The notes: generated by a model from the sequence alone, not told the origin. Positions 29,800-39,512 are shown, numbered from the whole stretch's first letter. The stretch: 63,839 nucleotides of DNA, filler included, from Actinomycetota bacterium (GCA_009886115.1; 4 parts of 4 records of this genome joined end to end with filler, not necessarily neighbours in it), one strand, 5' to 3'. Translations and numbers: made by a program.

Positions 29800-29836
29800 G
29801 CGAGCTATCTTCTCCTGTGGTGATAGCGGCGTTCTC
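29800..29836. promoter_or_regulatory. Tandem GAGAA-N5-TTCTC-like operator
   Basis: GCGAGCTATCTTCTC-7nt-GATAGCGGCGTTCTC; same layout at 32009 and 36481. Confidence 0.6.
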
Positions 29837-29917
29837 GCAGGTGTCGCACGGGGATCTGGGGGGTGCTCGGGTCGTCGGCGGAATCGAAGGCGACCGGGCC
29901 GACGGCTCGAGCTCCGC

Positions 29918-30955
29918 ATGACCGAACCCGTCCGCCGGGGATTCCACCCTCTCACCGTGGTCGCCGTCGTCGAGGAGACCGCAGATGCCCGCTCGTACGT
30001 GCTCGACGTGCCCCTCGAGCTGCGGCCGTCGTACACGTACGCAGCGGGCCAGTACCTGACGTTCCGCCTGCCCGTGGGCGATGAGCCCGCGCTTCGGTGC
30101 TACTCGATGTCGAGCGCACCCGATACCGGCGAGCCGTTGCGCACCACGGTGAAACGGGTGGCCGGAGGCCTGGGCTCGAACTGGCTGATCGACACCGTGG
30201 CCGTCGGTGACGTGCTCGAAGCCACTGCACCGGCGGGGAGCTTCCTGGTGGTCGACGAGCCCGGTCCCCTCGTCGCCTTCACCGCCGGGAGCGGAATCAC
30301 GCCCGTCCTGTCGATCGTGAAGGCCACGCTGGCCACGACCGACCGCCCGGTCCGCCTGCTGTACGCCAACCGCGACCGGCGATCGGTGATCTTCGCAGCC
30401 GAGCTCGCAGCACTCGAGGCCGTCCACCCCGAGCGGCTGTCGATCCACCACCATCTCGACGACATCGACGGCTTCGTGACCGAGCGCGCGATCTCGGCGT
30501 TGCTGGCTGGCGACACCGACGCCCACGTGTACCTGTGCGGACCGACCCCGTTCATGGACCTGGTCGAAGCGGCACTCGGCCGAGCCGGCGTCGCAGCCGA
30601 GCTGGTGCTGTCCGAGCGCTTCGTCACCCCCGACCTCACCGCCGTCGCCGCCGGCCCGAGCCCCGCGCCCGGAGCCGAGACCGGCACCGTGGTGCTCACG
30701 TTGCAGGGCATCACGCGCGAGCTTGCGCATCGCCCCGGTGACACCATCCTCGACACCGCGAGACGGGGCGGTCTCAACCCGCCGTTCTCGTGCCAGCTGG
30801 GCAACTGCGCCACCTGCATGGCCCGGGTGTCCGAGGGCGAGGTGCGGATGCGGGCCAACGACGCGTTGTCTCCCGAGGAGGTGGCCGAGGGTTGGGTGCT
30901 CACGTGCCAGAGCGTGCCCACCACGCCTCTGGTGCGCGTCGTCTACGAGCCTTGA
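29918..30955 (+). CDS. FNR-type oxygenase reductase with C-terminal 2Fe-2S domain (KshB/PaaE-like)
   Basis: RCYSMSS, AGSGITP, YLCGP, SCQLGNCATC, LTCQ. Confidence 0.93.
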   Translation: MTEPVRRGFHPLTVVAVVEETADARSYVLDVPLELRPSYTYAAGQYLTFRLPVGDEPALRCYSMSSAPDTGEPLRTTVKRVAGGLGSNWLIDTVAVGDVLEATAPAGSFLVVDEPGPLVAFTAGSGITPVLSIVKATLATTDRPVRLLYANRDRRSVIFAAELAALEAVHPERLSIHHHLDDIDGFVTERAISALLAGDTDAHVYLCGPTPFMDLVEAALGRAGVAAELVLSERFVTPDLTAVAAGPSPAPGAETGTVVLTLQGITRELAHRPGDTILDTARRGGLNPPFSCQLGNCATCMARVSEGEVRMRANDALSPEEVAEGWVLTCQSVPTTPLVRVVYEP

Positions 30956-30972
30956 CGGGCTTCCCGAAACCG

Positions 30973-31020
30973 CAACTGTCAGCGTGGCGGGCCGGATTCG
31001 GCCCGCCACGCTGACAGTTG
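30973..31020. terminator. Perfect 22-bp hairpin between convergent genes
   Basis: CAACTGTCAGCGTGGCGGGCCG-GATT-CGGCCCGCCACGCTGACAGTTG. Confidence 0.75.
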
Positions 31021-31049
31021 GCGCTTGGGGGCTTGCCGGGGGCTGGGCC

Positions 31050-32003
31050 TCAGATCTCCGGGGCCAGATCGGCCAGGAAGTCGCGGGTACGCCGCATCGA
31101 AGCAAGCAGCTCGTCGCGGTCGTCGCCGATGGGCACGACCCGCAGCGACACGTCGGTCGCGCCGGCGTCGGCGAAGGCGCGCAGCCGGGCCAACACGGCC
31201 AACTCGTCGCCGGCGGCCATGATGTCGCCCACCCTCGTGGCGTTGCCGCGATCGAGCAGGCGCTGGTAGTTCGGCGAGATCTCGGCTTCTGAGAGCACGC
31301 GGTTGGCGCGTGCGCGGGCCCGGTCGACCTCGTCGCTGCTGCAGAGGCACACCGGGACCCCGGCCACCACACGCGGAGCGGGGCGGCCGGCGACGCTCGC
31401 CGCGGCGTTCACGCGCGGGGCGATGAACTCGCCGATGGCCTTCTCGTCAGCCAGCCACAAGATGGTGCCGTCGGTCCGCTCGCCGGCCAGCCGCAACATC
31501 ACCGGCCCCAGCGCGGAGACGAGCACCGACGGGCCGGGCTGATCGGTGATGTCGATGCGATTGTGGATTCGGTGGTGCTCGTTCTCGACATCGATCTGCG
31601 CCGGGCCGGCAAAGGCCGCGTCGAGCACGTCGAGAAGCGATGCCACCTGGGCAGCCGGACGGTCGTAGGACAGGCCGAGCATGTCGGCCACGATCCAATC
31701 GTGCGACGGACCGATCCCGAGCGTGAACCGACCACCGCAGATCATCTGGGTCGACAGGGCCTGTTGCACGAGCGCGACCGGGTGCCGGGTCTGGATGGGC
31801 ACGACGGCAGTGCCGATCTCGATGCGCGTGGTCCGCATGCCCAGCGCGGCGACCGCGGTCATGGCGTCGAACTCGTCGGGGATCTGGGGCACCCAGACCG
31901 AGGCGAAGCCGACGTCGTCGGCCCAGACGGCGTCGGCGAGCATCCGATCGACCTTGGTGGCGTAGCGCCCCCGTTCCGGTCCGATCATGAGGCCGAGTCG
32001 CAT
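31050..32003 (-). CDS. LLM-class (probably F420-dependent) oxidoreductase
   Basis: IEIGTAVVPIQTRHP, GRFTLGIGPSH, ALGPVMLRLAGERTDG. Confidence 0.9.
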   Translation of the reverse strand: MRLGLMIGPERGRYATKVDRMLADAVWADDVGFASVWVPQIPDEFDAMTAVAALGMRTTRIEIGTAVVPIQTRHPVALVQQALSTQMICGGRFTLGIGPSHDWIVADMLGLSYDRPAAQVASLLDVLDAAFAGPAQIDVENEHHRIHNRIDITDQPGPSVLVSALGPVMLRLAGERTDGTILWLADEKAIGEFIAPRVNAAASVAGRPAPRVVAGVPVCLCSSDEVDRARARANRVLSEAEISPNYQRLLDRGNATRVGDIMAAGDELAVLARLRAFADAGATDVSLRVVPIGDDRDELLASMRRTRDFLADLAPEI

Positions 32004-32008
32004 CGCGC

Positions 32009-32045
32009 ACGATATCCCGTCTCCTGGTGGAAGAACAGCGTTCTC
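32009..32045. promoter_or_regulatory. Tandem operator in divergent promoter
   Basis: ACGATATCCCGTCTC-7nt-AAGAACAGCGTTCTC. Confidence 0.6.
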
Positions 32046-32098
32046 CAGGCGCGTGAGGAACGCTTTCGCGCCGCCACGACAGCACTACGCTCGGGATC

Positions 32099-32854
32099 AT
32101 GTCCCTCGACGGCCGCGTCGCCATCGTCACCGGAGCAGCGTCGGGCATCGGCCTGGCCATTGCGACCAGGCTGGCTCGCGACGGTGCCGCGGTGGCGATC
32201 TTCGACCTCGCCGCCAACGCGGCCGACGCCGCAGCACTCGAGCTGACCGGCGCCGGTCATCGGGTCATCGCCTGCGAGGTCGACGTGACCGATCGGGCGG
32301 CGGTCGATGCTGCCGTGGTCTGCACCGTCGCCGAGCTCGGACCGCCTGTGATCCTGGTGAACAACGCCGGCCGCGAGGCGTTCGGGGCGTTCCTGCGCTT
32401 CACCGTCGAGACGTGGGACGCGATCATCGCCGTCAACCTCACGGGCACCTTCCACTGCTGCCAGGCCGCCCTGCCCCACATGATCGAGGCCGGGTTCGGC
32501 CGGATCGTCAACATCTCGTCGTCGAGCGCCCAGGGCGGCCAGGAGTACCTGGCCCCTTACGTGGCGGCCAAGGCCGGGGTCATCGGCCTCACCAAGTCGC
32601 TGGCCAAGGAGTTCGGGCCCAAGGGGATCACGGTCAACACCATTCCGCCGAGCTTCATCGACACGCCCATGCTGCGCCTGGCCGAGGAACGGGGCCGACT
32701 CGGGGGCACGGTGGCCGAGCACGAGCAGCGCACCCCGGTCAGACGGGTCGGGCGGCCCGAGGACGTGGCGGCCACGTGCGCCTTCCTGGTTTCCGACGAG
32801 GCCGGCTACGTGACCGGCCAGGTGATCGGAGTCAACGGTGGACGAGTCACCTGA
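32099..32854 (+). CDS. SDR oxidoreductase (FabG-like)
   Basis: TGAASGIG, NNAG, YVAAK. Confidence 0.95.
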   Translation: MSLDGRVAIVTGAASGIGLAIATRLARDGAAVAIFDLAANAADAAALELTGAGHRVIACEVDVTDRAAVDAAVVCTVAELGPPVILVNNAGREAFGAFLRFTVETWDAIIAVNLTGTFHCCQAALPHMIEAGFGRIVNISSSSAQGGQEYLAPYVAAKAGVIGLTKSLAKEFGPKGITVNTIPPSFIDTPMLRLAEERGRLGGTVAEHEQRTPVRRVGRPEDVAATCAFLVSDEAGYVTGQVIGVNGGRVT

Positions 32855-33524
32855 GCGCGCGCTCTACATCGCTCCCCTGCCCCTCGCGGAGTGGGACCAG
32901 GACGTGTTCGACGCCTTCGAGCCCATGCGCCCACCGGCCGACTCGGTCTTCGCGCAACGCAAGGACGATCGCAAGAAGGGGGGCGCTCGAACCGCGGCGG
33001 CGTTCGGTCCCATGGCCCGCCATCCGGCGCTCACCAAGGCCTGGCACCAGTTCAACCGTCACATCCTCTATTTCTCCACGCTCTCCGAGCGCGAACGTGA
33101 GCTCGTGGTGCTGCGGGTCGCCGCGCTGCGGCGCAGCGAGTACGAGTGGGCTCAGCACGTGCCGGTGGCCGTGTCGGTGGGGATCTCGCCCGAGGCGATC
33201 GAGCGCATCGGGCGCACGGCCCGCATCGGGCCTTCGGGATCACCCGGTCCCGACGCGGCTCCGGACGCCGCCCCCGACGCTGGCGGCTGGACCGAGCACG
33301 ATGTTGCCGTGCTGCGAGCCGTCGACGAGCTCCATCATGACGGCGTGATGAGCGCAGGCACGTGGCGCCAGCTCGCGACCCGACTCGACGATCGGCAGCT
33401 CATGGACCTGGTGTTCACCGCAGGCGCGTACGACACCCTGGCGCTGGCATTCAACTGCTTCGGTCTCCAGCCCGATCCAGAGATCGCGCACAACCGCCTG
33501 CCCCCGATCGACGGGCGAGGCTGA
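32838..33524 (+). CDS. Carboxymuconolactone decarboxylase/AhpD-like protein
   Basis: LSERERELVVLRVA..SEYEWAQH. Confidence 0.85.
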   Translation: MDESPERALYIAPLPLAEWDQDVFDAFEPMRPPADSVFAQRKDDRKKGGARTAAAFGPMARHPALTKAWHQFNRHILYFSTLSERERELVVLRVAALRRSEYEWAQHVPVAVSVGISPEAIERIGRTARIGPSGSPGPDAAPDAAPDAGGWTEHDVAVLRAVDELHHDGVMSAGTWRQLATRLDDRQLMDLVFTAGAYDTLALAFNCFGLQPDPEIAHNRLPPIDGRG

Positions 33525-33526
33525 CG

Positions 33527-34249
33527 ATGAAGCGAACCGACGACACGCCGGCGCAGCCCGGGCCGTCACCCGAGGTGGCTGCCGCCAGCACGGTGCCCTG
33601 GCGCGAGCAGGCCGTCGCCCGCTCGCTCGACGGCGCCCGCGCCCGCGCCGAGCACCGTGTGCAGCGCTATCTCGACGCTGCCACCGAGCTCATCAGCGAA
33701 AAGGGCGGGCTGGACTTCACCGTTCAGGAGGTCGTCGAGCGATCCGGGCAGTCGCTGCGGAGCTTCTACCAGTCGTTCGACGGCAAGCAGCACCTGTTGC
33801 TGGCCGTGTACGAGGAAGCCATGCACGCCACGGCGCTTCGCATGCGCGAGGTCGTCGGCGACGACGGCGAGGTGCTCGATCGGCTCCGGCGATTCGTCGT
33901 GACGCTCTACGAGTGGTCGGTGCGGGAGCCGTCGGAGGCTCCCCCTACACCGGGGCTCACGATCCGAGCCATGGCCGACTTCGTGTTCGGACAGATGAGC
34001 GCCGATCCCGGGCGGGTGGCTGCGGCCAGCATGGCGCTGTTCGAGCCGCTCGTGGCGCTCGTGACCGAGGCGCAGCAGCACGGAGTCCTGCGGCCGGGCA
34101 ATCCCAACCACTTGGCCGCCACCGTGATGCAGTCCACGATGTTCTGTGCCTTCGCCACGCCGTCGCGTGGCACCCCCGACGACGGGGTCGACCGGGCCGA
34201 CCGCGCCGAGGAGATGTGGGAGTTCTGCCTCCGCGGCATGGGCGCCTGA
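33527..34249 (+). CDS. TetR family regulator
   Basis: FTVQEVVERSGQSLRSFYQSFDGK HTH. Confidence 0.92.
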   Translation: MKRTDDTPAQPGPSPEVAAASTVPWREQAVARSLDGARARAEHRVQRYLDAATELISEKGGLDFTVQEVVERSGQSLRSFYQSFDGKQHLLLAVYEEAMHATALRMREVVGDDGEVLDRLRRFVVTLYEWSVREPSEAPPTPGLTIRAMADFVFGQMSADPGRVAAASMALFEPLVALVTEAQQHGVLRPGNPNHLAATVMQSTMFCAFATPSRGTPDDGVDRADRAEEMWEFCLRGMGA

Positions 34250-34282
34250 CCGAGCGGGAGCTTCAGGCAGGCAGTCGGTCGG

Positions 34283-34708
34283 TCAGTCGGTGTTGAAGCG
34301 GACCGGATCGTGCTCGCGGCCAGCGTCGAGGGCGCCGCTACGACGCAGGAAGGTCGTCGATCGGCTCACGAAGCGCCAACCGTCTGCCGTCTTGCGGTAC
34401 TCGTCGGTGTACCACGCCAGCCGCATCTCGTGGGTCTGCTGGGCCACGAAGATGTAGTGCTGGCTACCGGTCGCCGAGTCGCCGACGATGCTCACCAGCG
34501 GGGCGTTGACGATGAGCTGTCCGCGGGGCGCGCTGCGGACGAGGTGGGGCAGCTCGACGGGCGTGTAGCTCTCGCCGAAGGCCTGGTAGACGCCGTCCTC
34601 GGTGAACAGCGCCCCGACGGCATCCGCCTCGCCCCGGCTGAGATGGGTGGCATACCGGGTGGTCAACTCCGATATGGCCAGGAAATCGGCGATGTGCGCA
34701 GGGTCCAT
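34283..34708 (-). CDS. SnoaL-like/NTF2 family protein
   Basis: LFTEDG, YTDEYRKTADGWRF. Confidence 0.85.
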   Translation of the reverse strand: MDPAHIADFLAISELTTRYATHLSRGEADAVGALFTEDGVYQAFGESYTPVELPHLVRSAPRGQLIVNAPLVSIVGDSATGSQHYIFVAQQTHEMRLAWYTDEYRKTADGWRFVSRSTTFLRRSGALDAGREHDPVRFNTD

Positions 34709-34777
34709 GACCCCTCCTCGTTCAGATGGCTCGTTGAGAGATCCGAAGCCGTGCGAAAGCCCGCACGTTGGTGTCAG

Positions 34778-35125
34778 TCAGGACGGGAACTCGACCACGC
34801 AGTCGATGCTGGAGGCTCCGGCATCGGGGACGTTGGGCTGGTGCCACACCTCGATCGGGAACGTGACCGTCACCAGCGAGCAGTAGAGCCACAGCAGGCG
34901 CGAGGCGTCGACGGGCAGCGCGTTCAGCGGGTACCGGTCGAGGTACGCCACGGCGTCGTCGATGCGGGGGAAGGCCGCGTCGTAGAAGGCCTGGAGCTCG
35001 TCCATGGAGCTGGTGAGACGCTTGGCGTAGCGCTGACCCTCGAGCGGGAGCGCCCAGTCGGCGAAGGGCTCGAGATCCGCGAACTCGAAGGGCAGCATGG
35101 TGGTGTTGGCGGTGCGGATGCTCAT
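34778..35125 (-). CDS. Small hypothetical protein coupled to Rieske oxygenase (115 aa)
   Basis: ATGA overlap with Rieske gene stop; LPFEFADLEPFADW..RYAKRL..QAFYD. Confidence 0.8.
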   Translation of the reverse strand: MSIRTANTTMLPFEFADLEPFADWALPLEGQRYAKRLTSSMDELQAFYDAAFPRIDDAVAYLDRYPLNALPVDASRLLWLYCSLVTVTFPIEVWHQPNVPDAGASSIDCVVEFPS

Positions 35126-36432
35126 GCCCGGGCCGCCGTGCTCGAGGGTCGGCTCCCGACGCGAACGGGGGTCTCGGAGGCTCGCCCCTCGTGGGCGAGC
35201 ACCGCGTCGCGCACCGCCTTGTGGAGATGACGGATCATGATCTCCTGATCGCACAAGGGGAACTCGGTGACGACGCGCGACTCGAGCGCCGTCTGCGTGG
35301 CTTCGAGGGTGTTGCCGTCCTGGAGGCTGTATTCCTTGAACGTGGAGGCTGCGAGCTCTTGGGCCAAGCGCTCCCGGGCGTTCCGGGGCGGCACGAAACC
35401 CAAGCTGCATTCGAAGGTGTGCGTGTTGTGTGATGTGGGCCAGTAGTGGTAGGTGAGATACCAGTTCGGCTTCCAGATGAGGACCATGAAGTTCGGGAAG
35501 AAAAGGAACGAGTCTTCGCCCCACACCCTGCTCTGCGACGGGTTCACGCCCGGGGGCAGCTCGCCGATGTCGGGGGCGTCCCACGGGCCGAACAGGCCGC
35601 TCCGCAGCGCTCGCTCGACGGGTTTCACCATGCTGAGGTCCTTGGGGGGCGACATGCCGCCCCACGACGAGATCATGCCGTGGGGGCCCTTGATCTCGTA
35701 GTGCAGACCTTCGTATCCGAACGACGCCAGCTTTGACGATTCCTCGGATACGGCTTGTTTCATGTGCAGAACAGGCGCGTGATAGAACTCCATGAACGCG
35801 TCGATGAAGAGCTTCCAGTTGCTCGCGATCTCGGCCCGATACGTGGTGACCTGGGTCATCTTGTCGAATGGATAGTCCTCGAGCCCGGCGCCGAGCTCGG
35901 CGAGGAACTCGCGCAGCGAGGTCGTGTTTCCCGCGTCGAGATTCACGAAGATGAATCCCGCCCACACGTCGACCTGAACCCCCACGAGCGGGTAGTCGGC
36001 CTTGTCGACGTCGAAGAACTCCGACTCCTGCTGGATGAACGTGAGCTGGCCCTCGAGGTCGTAGCGCCAGCCGTGGTACTTGCAGGTGAACTGCCGGCAC
36101 GTGCCGCTCGTCTCCTCCCGCGGGAAGTCCTGCCACACCAGCTTGTTGCCCCGGTGGCGGCACATGTTGTGGAAGGCCCGCAAGGACCCGTCGGCGGCGC
36201 GCACCACGACGATCGACGTGCGCGCCGCGTGGATCTCCTTGGTGAAGTAGCTCCCGACCCGCGGGAGCTGCTCGACCCGCCCGATGCTCAGCCAGGTGCG
36301 GGTGAAGATGGCGTCACGCTCGCGTTCGTACCACGCCGGCGAGATCGAGTCCTCGTAGTTCACGGGGCCCGTGCCGAGCTCGGGGTAGTGCTCGGTCCAA
36401 CTTCCTTCAGCGGGCTTCGCGAAGTGGGCCAT
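35122..36432 (-). CDS. Rieske non-heme iron oxygenase alpha subunit
   Basis: CRHRG..CKYHGW Rieske motif; NWK..EFYH..LH and distal Asp. Confidence 0.95.
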   Translation of the reverse strand: MAHFAKPAEGSWTEHYPELGTGPVNYEDSISPAWYERERDAIFTRTWLSIGRVEQLPRVGSYFTKEIHAARTSIVVVRAADGSLRAFHNMCRHRGNKLVWQDFPREETSGTCRQFTCKYHGWRYDLEGQLTFIQQESEFFDVDKADYPLVGVQVDVWAGFIFVNLDAGNTTSLREFLAELGAGLEDYPFDKMTQVTTYRAEIASNWKLFIDAFMEFYHAPVLHMKQAVSEESSKLASFGYEGLHYEIKGPHGMISSWGGMSPPKDLSMVKPVERALRSGLFGPWDAPDIGELPPGVNPSQSRVWGEDSFLFFPNFMVLIWKPNWYLTYHYWPTSHNTHTFECSLGFVPPRNARERLAQELAASTFKEYSLQDGNTLEATQTALESRVVTEFPLCDQEIMIRHLHKAVRDAVLAHEGRASETPVRVGSRPSSTAARA

Positions 36433-36480
36433 GGTCGTGCGCTCCTATCCGTCGCGGTGTCGACCAGTCGACGCGGCGAA

Positions 36481-36517
36481 GATATCACGCGTCTCCATTG
36501 GAGAGAACATCATTCTC
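36481..36517. promoter_or_regulatory. Tandem operator upstream of Rieske gene
   Basis: GATATCACGCGTCTC-7nt-GAGAACATCATTCTC (perfect palindromic arms). Confidence 0.65.
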
Positions 36518-36526
36518 GCAGGTGGC

Positions 36527-37357
36527 TCATCGGATCGGCTCGTCGCCGTAGAGCGTGGTGCGATGCATCTCACGGGACGAGTCGGCACGGTACGGGCAGG
36601 CCCGGTGGAGCACGCCGCGGTTGTCCCAGATGACCAGGTCGCCCACCTGCCAGGTGTGGCGGTACACCCGCTCGGGCGCCGTCGCCCGGATGAGCAGCTC
36701 GCCGAGGAACGCCCGACTGGCTTCGAGGTCCATCCCCTCGACGTGTGACGCCGTGGCGCTCAGCACGAGTGAGCGCCGACCCGACACGTGGGTCCACACC
36801 AGCGGATGCACCTTCGGGGCGCGCCGGCGCCACATGGCCAGCTCGTCGGGCGAGGGATCGGGGTTGGAGAGCCGTTGGGCCGCCTCGAAGGTGTGCACCA
36901 CCCTCACGTCGGCGAACCGCTCCTTCTCGTCGCCGCTCAGGTCGTCGTACGCCGCGTAGGCGCTGGCGAACTCGGTCTCGCCGCCGGTCTCGGCCACGGC
37001 ACGAGCGCTGAGCAGTGAGGCCATGATCGGGATGTCCTCGGTCATCCCGTCGATGTGCCAGTCGAACGTGCCCCGCAGGTAGGCAGCGGCCCGGTTCTTC
37101 GCCGGGTCGAGGGTGACGACGAAGATCTCGGGATGCTCACCGTGGCCGAGCATCTCGAGCCGGCCCAGCCGCGAGCTGAACGCCACCTGGGCCGGGTCGT
37201 CGATGTGCAGATCGCGAAAGAGGAGCACGCCGTTGGCCTCGAGCGCGTCGAGGCACCAGCCGGGCATGGTGGCGTCGCTCAGCAATCGCTCGCAGTCGGC
37301 GCCGATCACCTGCACACCCACGGTGGGGCTGAGCTTCTCCGTGGTCAGCGGGGTCAT
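36527..37357 (-). CDS. TauD/TfdA family Fe(II)/2-oxoglutarate dioxygenase
   Basis: WHIDG (HxD), GGETEFA, HPLV, WDNRGVLHRA. Confidence 0.93.
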   Translation of the reverse strand: MTPLTTEKLSPTVGVQVIGADCERLLSDATMPGWCLDALEANGVLLFRDLHIDDPAQVAFSSRLGRLEMLGHGEHPEIFVVTLDPAKNRAAAYLRGTFDWHIDGMTEDIPIMASLLSARAVAETGGETEFASAYAAYDDLSGDEKERFADVRVVHTFEAAQRLSNPDPSPDELAMWRRRAPKVHPLVWTHVSGRRSLVLSATASHVEGMDLEASRAFLGELLIRATAPERVYRHTWQVGDLVIWDNRGVLHRACPYRADSSREMHRTTLYGDEPIR

Positions 37358-37523
37358 GGCGCCCTCCCGGGCTGGCGATCGGTCCGCGGCGGAGCGAACC
37401 TCTCCTCACTCCGTGTGCGAGAACGACGTTATCACCCAGTGCTACCGTGATTGCCAGCAGCCCAGCCCCGTCGTCCGCCGACGAAGCCCGCGAAGCCGAC
37501 GAAGCCTGCGAAGGAGCACCACC

Positions 37524-38777
37524 GTGGCTCGACCGAAGGCCCCCGAACGACCCGTCCACCTGATCAGCGCCCGCATGCTCGACGTCGACTCGGGCGAGAT
37601 GGTGACGCCGGGCGACCTCCTGATCCTGGGCGAGCGCATCGTCGAGGTGGCACCGAGCTCGGTGCCCTCCGACGCCGAGGTGATCGATCTCGGCGATCTC
37701 ACGCTGCTCCCCGGGTTGATGGACATGGAGGTGAACCTGCTCCTCGGTGGGCCCGATCACGAGAGCGCGTTGAATGCCGTGCAGGACGACCCGGCCGTGC
37801 GCACGCTGCGGGCGGTGGTGAACGCCCGGCGCACGCTGCGGGCGGGCTTCACGACGGTGCGCAACCTCGGCCTGTTCATCCAGACCGGCGGGCTCCTCCT
37901 CGACGTGGCGCTCAAGAAGGCCATCGACCTCGGCTGGATCGAGGGCCCCCGGGTGGTGCCAGCGGGTCATGCGATCTGCCCCACGGGCGGCCATCTCGAT
38001 CCGACGATGTTCGCTGCGTTCGCGCCCCACGTGCTACCGCTCACCGTCGAAGAAGGCATCGCCAACGGCGTCGACGAGGTCCGCAAGGCGGTCCGGTACC
38101 AGATCAAGCACGGCGCCCAGGTCATCAAGGTGTGCGCATCGGGAGGGGTCATGTCGCACACCGGCCCGGCCGGCGCGCAGCAGTACTCCGCCGACGAGCT
38201 GCGCGCGGCCGCCGACGAGGCCCACCGGGCGGGCTTGAGGATCGCGGCTCACGCCCACGGCGACGCCGGCATCCGGGCGTGCATCGAAGCCGGGATCGAC
38301 TGCATCGAGCACGGCTCGCTGATGAGCGACGAGACGCTGGCGCTGTTCGTCGAGCGCGGCACCTTCTTGGTGGCCACCACCTACCTGGCCGACGGCATGG
38401 ACGTGTCGCGGGCCGCACCCGCGCTCCAGGCCAAGGCGGCCGAGGTGTTCCCGCGGGCCAGGGAGACGATCAGCAAGGCCATCGCCCTGGGCGCCAAGAT
38501 CGCCTGTGGCACCGACGCTCCGGCCATCCCACACGGCCGGAACGCCAAGGAGCTCATCGCGCTGGTCAACCGGGGCATGACCCCGCTCCAGGCCATCCGG
38601 GCGGCGACGATCGTCTCGGCCGAGCTGATCGACGTCACCGACCGCGCCCGCCTTCAGGCCGGGCTGCTCGCCGACGTGATCGGCCTCGACGGCAACCCGC
38701 TCGAAGACATCACCGCCACCGAGCGGGTCCGCTTCGTGATGAAGGGCGGTCAGGTCTTCCGCCGCGACGGGGTCTGA
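37524..38777 (+). CDS. Amidohydrolase (Xaa-Pro dipeptidase-like) with non-canonical first metal motif
   Basis: RAGFTTVRNLG, IKVCASGGV, AHAHG, IEHG, GTDA; PGLMDMEVN replaces DxHxH. Confidence 0.88.
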   Translation: MARPKAPERPVHLISARMLDVDSGEMVTPGDLLILGERIVEVAPSSVPSDAEVIDLGDLTLLPGLMDMEVNLLLGGPDHESALNAVQDDPAVRTLRAVVNARRTLRAGFTTVRNLGLFIQTGGLLLDVALKKAIDLGWIEGPRVVPAGHAICPTGGHLDPTMFAAFAPHVLPLTVEEGIANGVDEVRKAVRYQIKHGAQVIKVCASGGVMSHTGPAGAQQYSADELRAAADEAHRAGLRIAAHAHGDAGIRACIEAGIDCIEHGSLMSDETLALFVERGTFLVATTYLADGMDVSRAAPALQAKAAEVFPRARETISKAIALGAKIACGTDAPAIPHGRNAKELIALVNRGMTPLQAIRAATIVSAELIDVTDRARLQAGLLADVIGLDGNPLEDITATERVRFVMKGGQVFRRDGV

Positions 38778-39512
38778 GTCGCGGGTCGGACCGCGGCGTG
38801 GGCTCGATACGGCGCCGCGATGGGCGTGAGCTCGGCCGGGGTCGCTCCGTGCAACCCGAGAGCTCCCAGTTCTCGTCGACGTAGCCGTACAGGTCGGGCT
38901 CGTTGGGTTGGATGGCGAGCAGGCCCTGCGAGGCGGTCGACTTCTCCAGCGCCGCCTCGGCGTCAGCCACCGAACCCGTTGCGCCGTCGGCGATGAAGAC
39001 CTCGAGGGGCGACCGGAGCGAGTTGGTCTCGAAGGCGTAGCCGGGGCCGATCGCATCGATCAGGAGCCGGAGCCCTTGCTTGTCGTACATCCACGACACC
39101 GTGAACTGGGCCATCGACTGCTGGCCGGTGTCGGGGTCGAGGTAGGTGACGATTCCGGTCGCGAAATCCTCGGCCGGGGCTCGCGAGTAGTCGACGCCAT
39201 AGCGCTCGAGCAGCTCGGCCCGCCATCGGGGACGTCCCCACTTCAACAGGCCCACGTCAGCCGACACCGACACCGGGACCGGGCGAGCGCGACCGGCCCC
39301 ATCGACTCGGCCACGCCGGCGAGTTGGAGCCGCGCCGTCGCGACCGACGGCATGTGCACCTGGTTCTCGAAGTACGCCGTGGGAACACCGGTGCGGCGGG
39401 CCAGCGCCGCCACGTGACGGGCTTCGGCCAGGTTCCGTCCCAGGGGCTTCTCGCAGATCAGGCCGCGCAGCTCAGCACCGTCGTCGACGCCGGCTGCGAT
39501 CTGCTCCATGCA
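38710..39512 (-). pseudogene. Gfo/Idh/MocA oxidoreductase remnant (frameshift near 39277, 5' end cut by gap)
   Basis: ICEKPL..AYFENQ in one frame, PVSVSADVGLLKW..AEDFATG in another; 3' end runs into the convergent gene. Confidence 0.7.
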
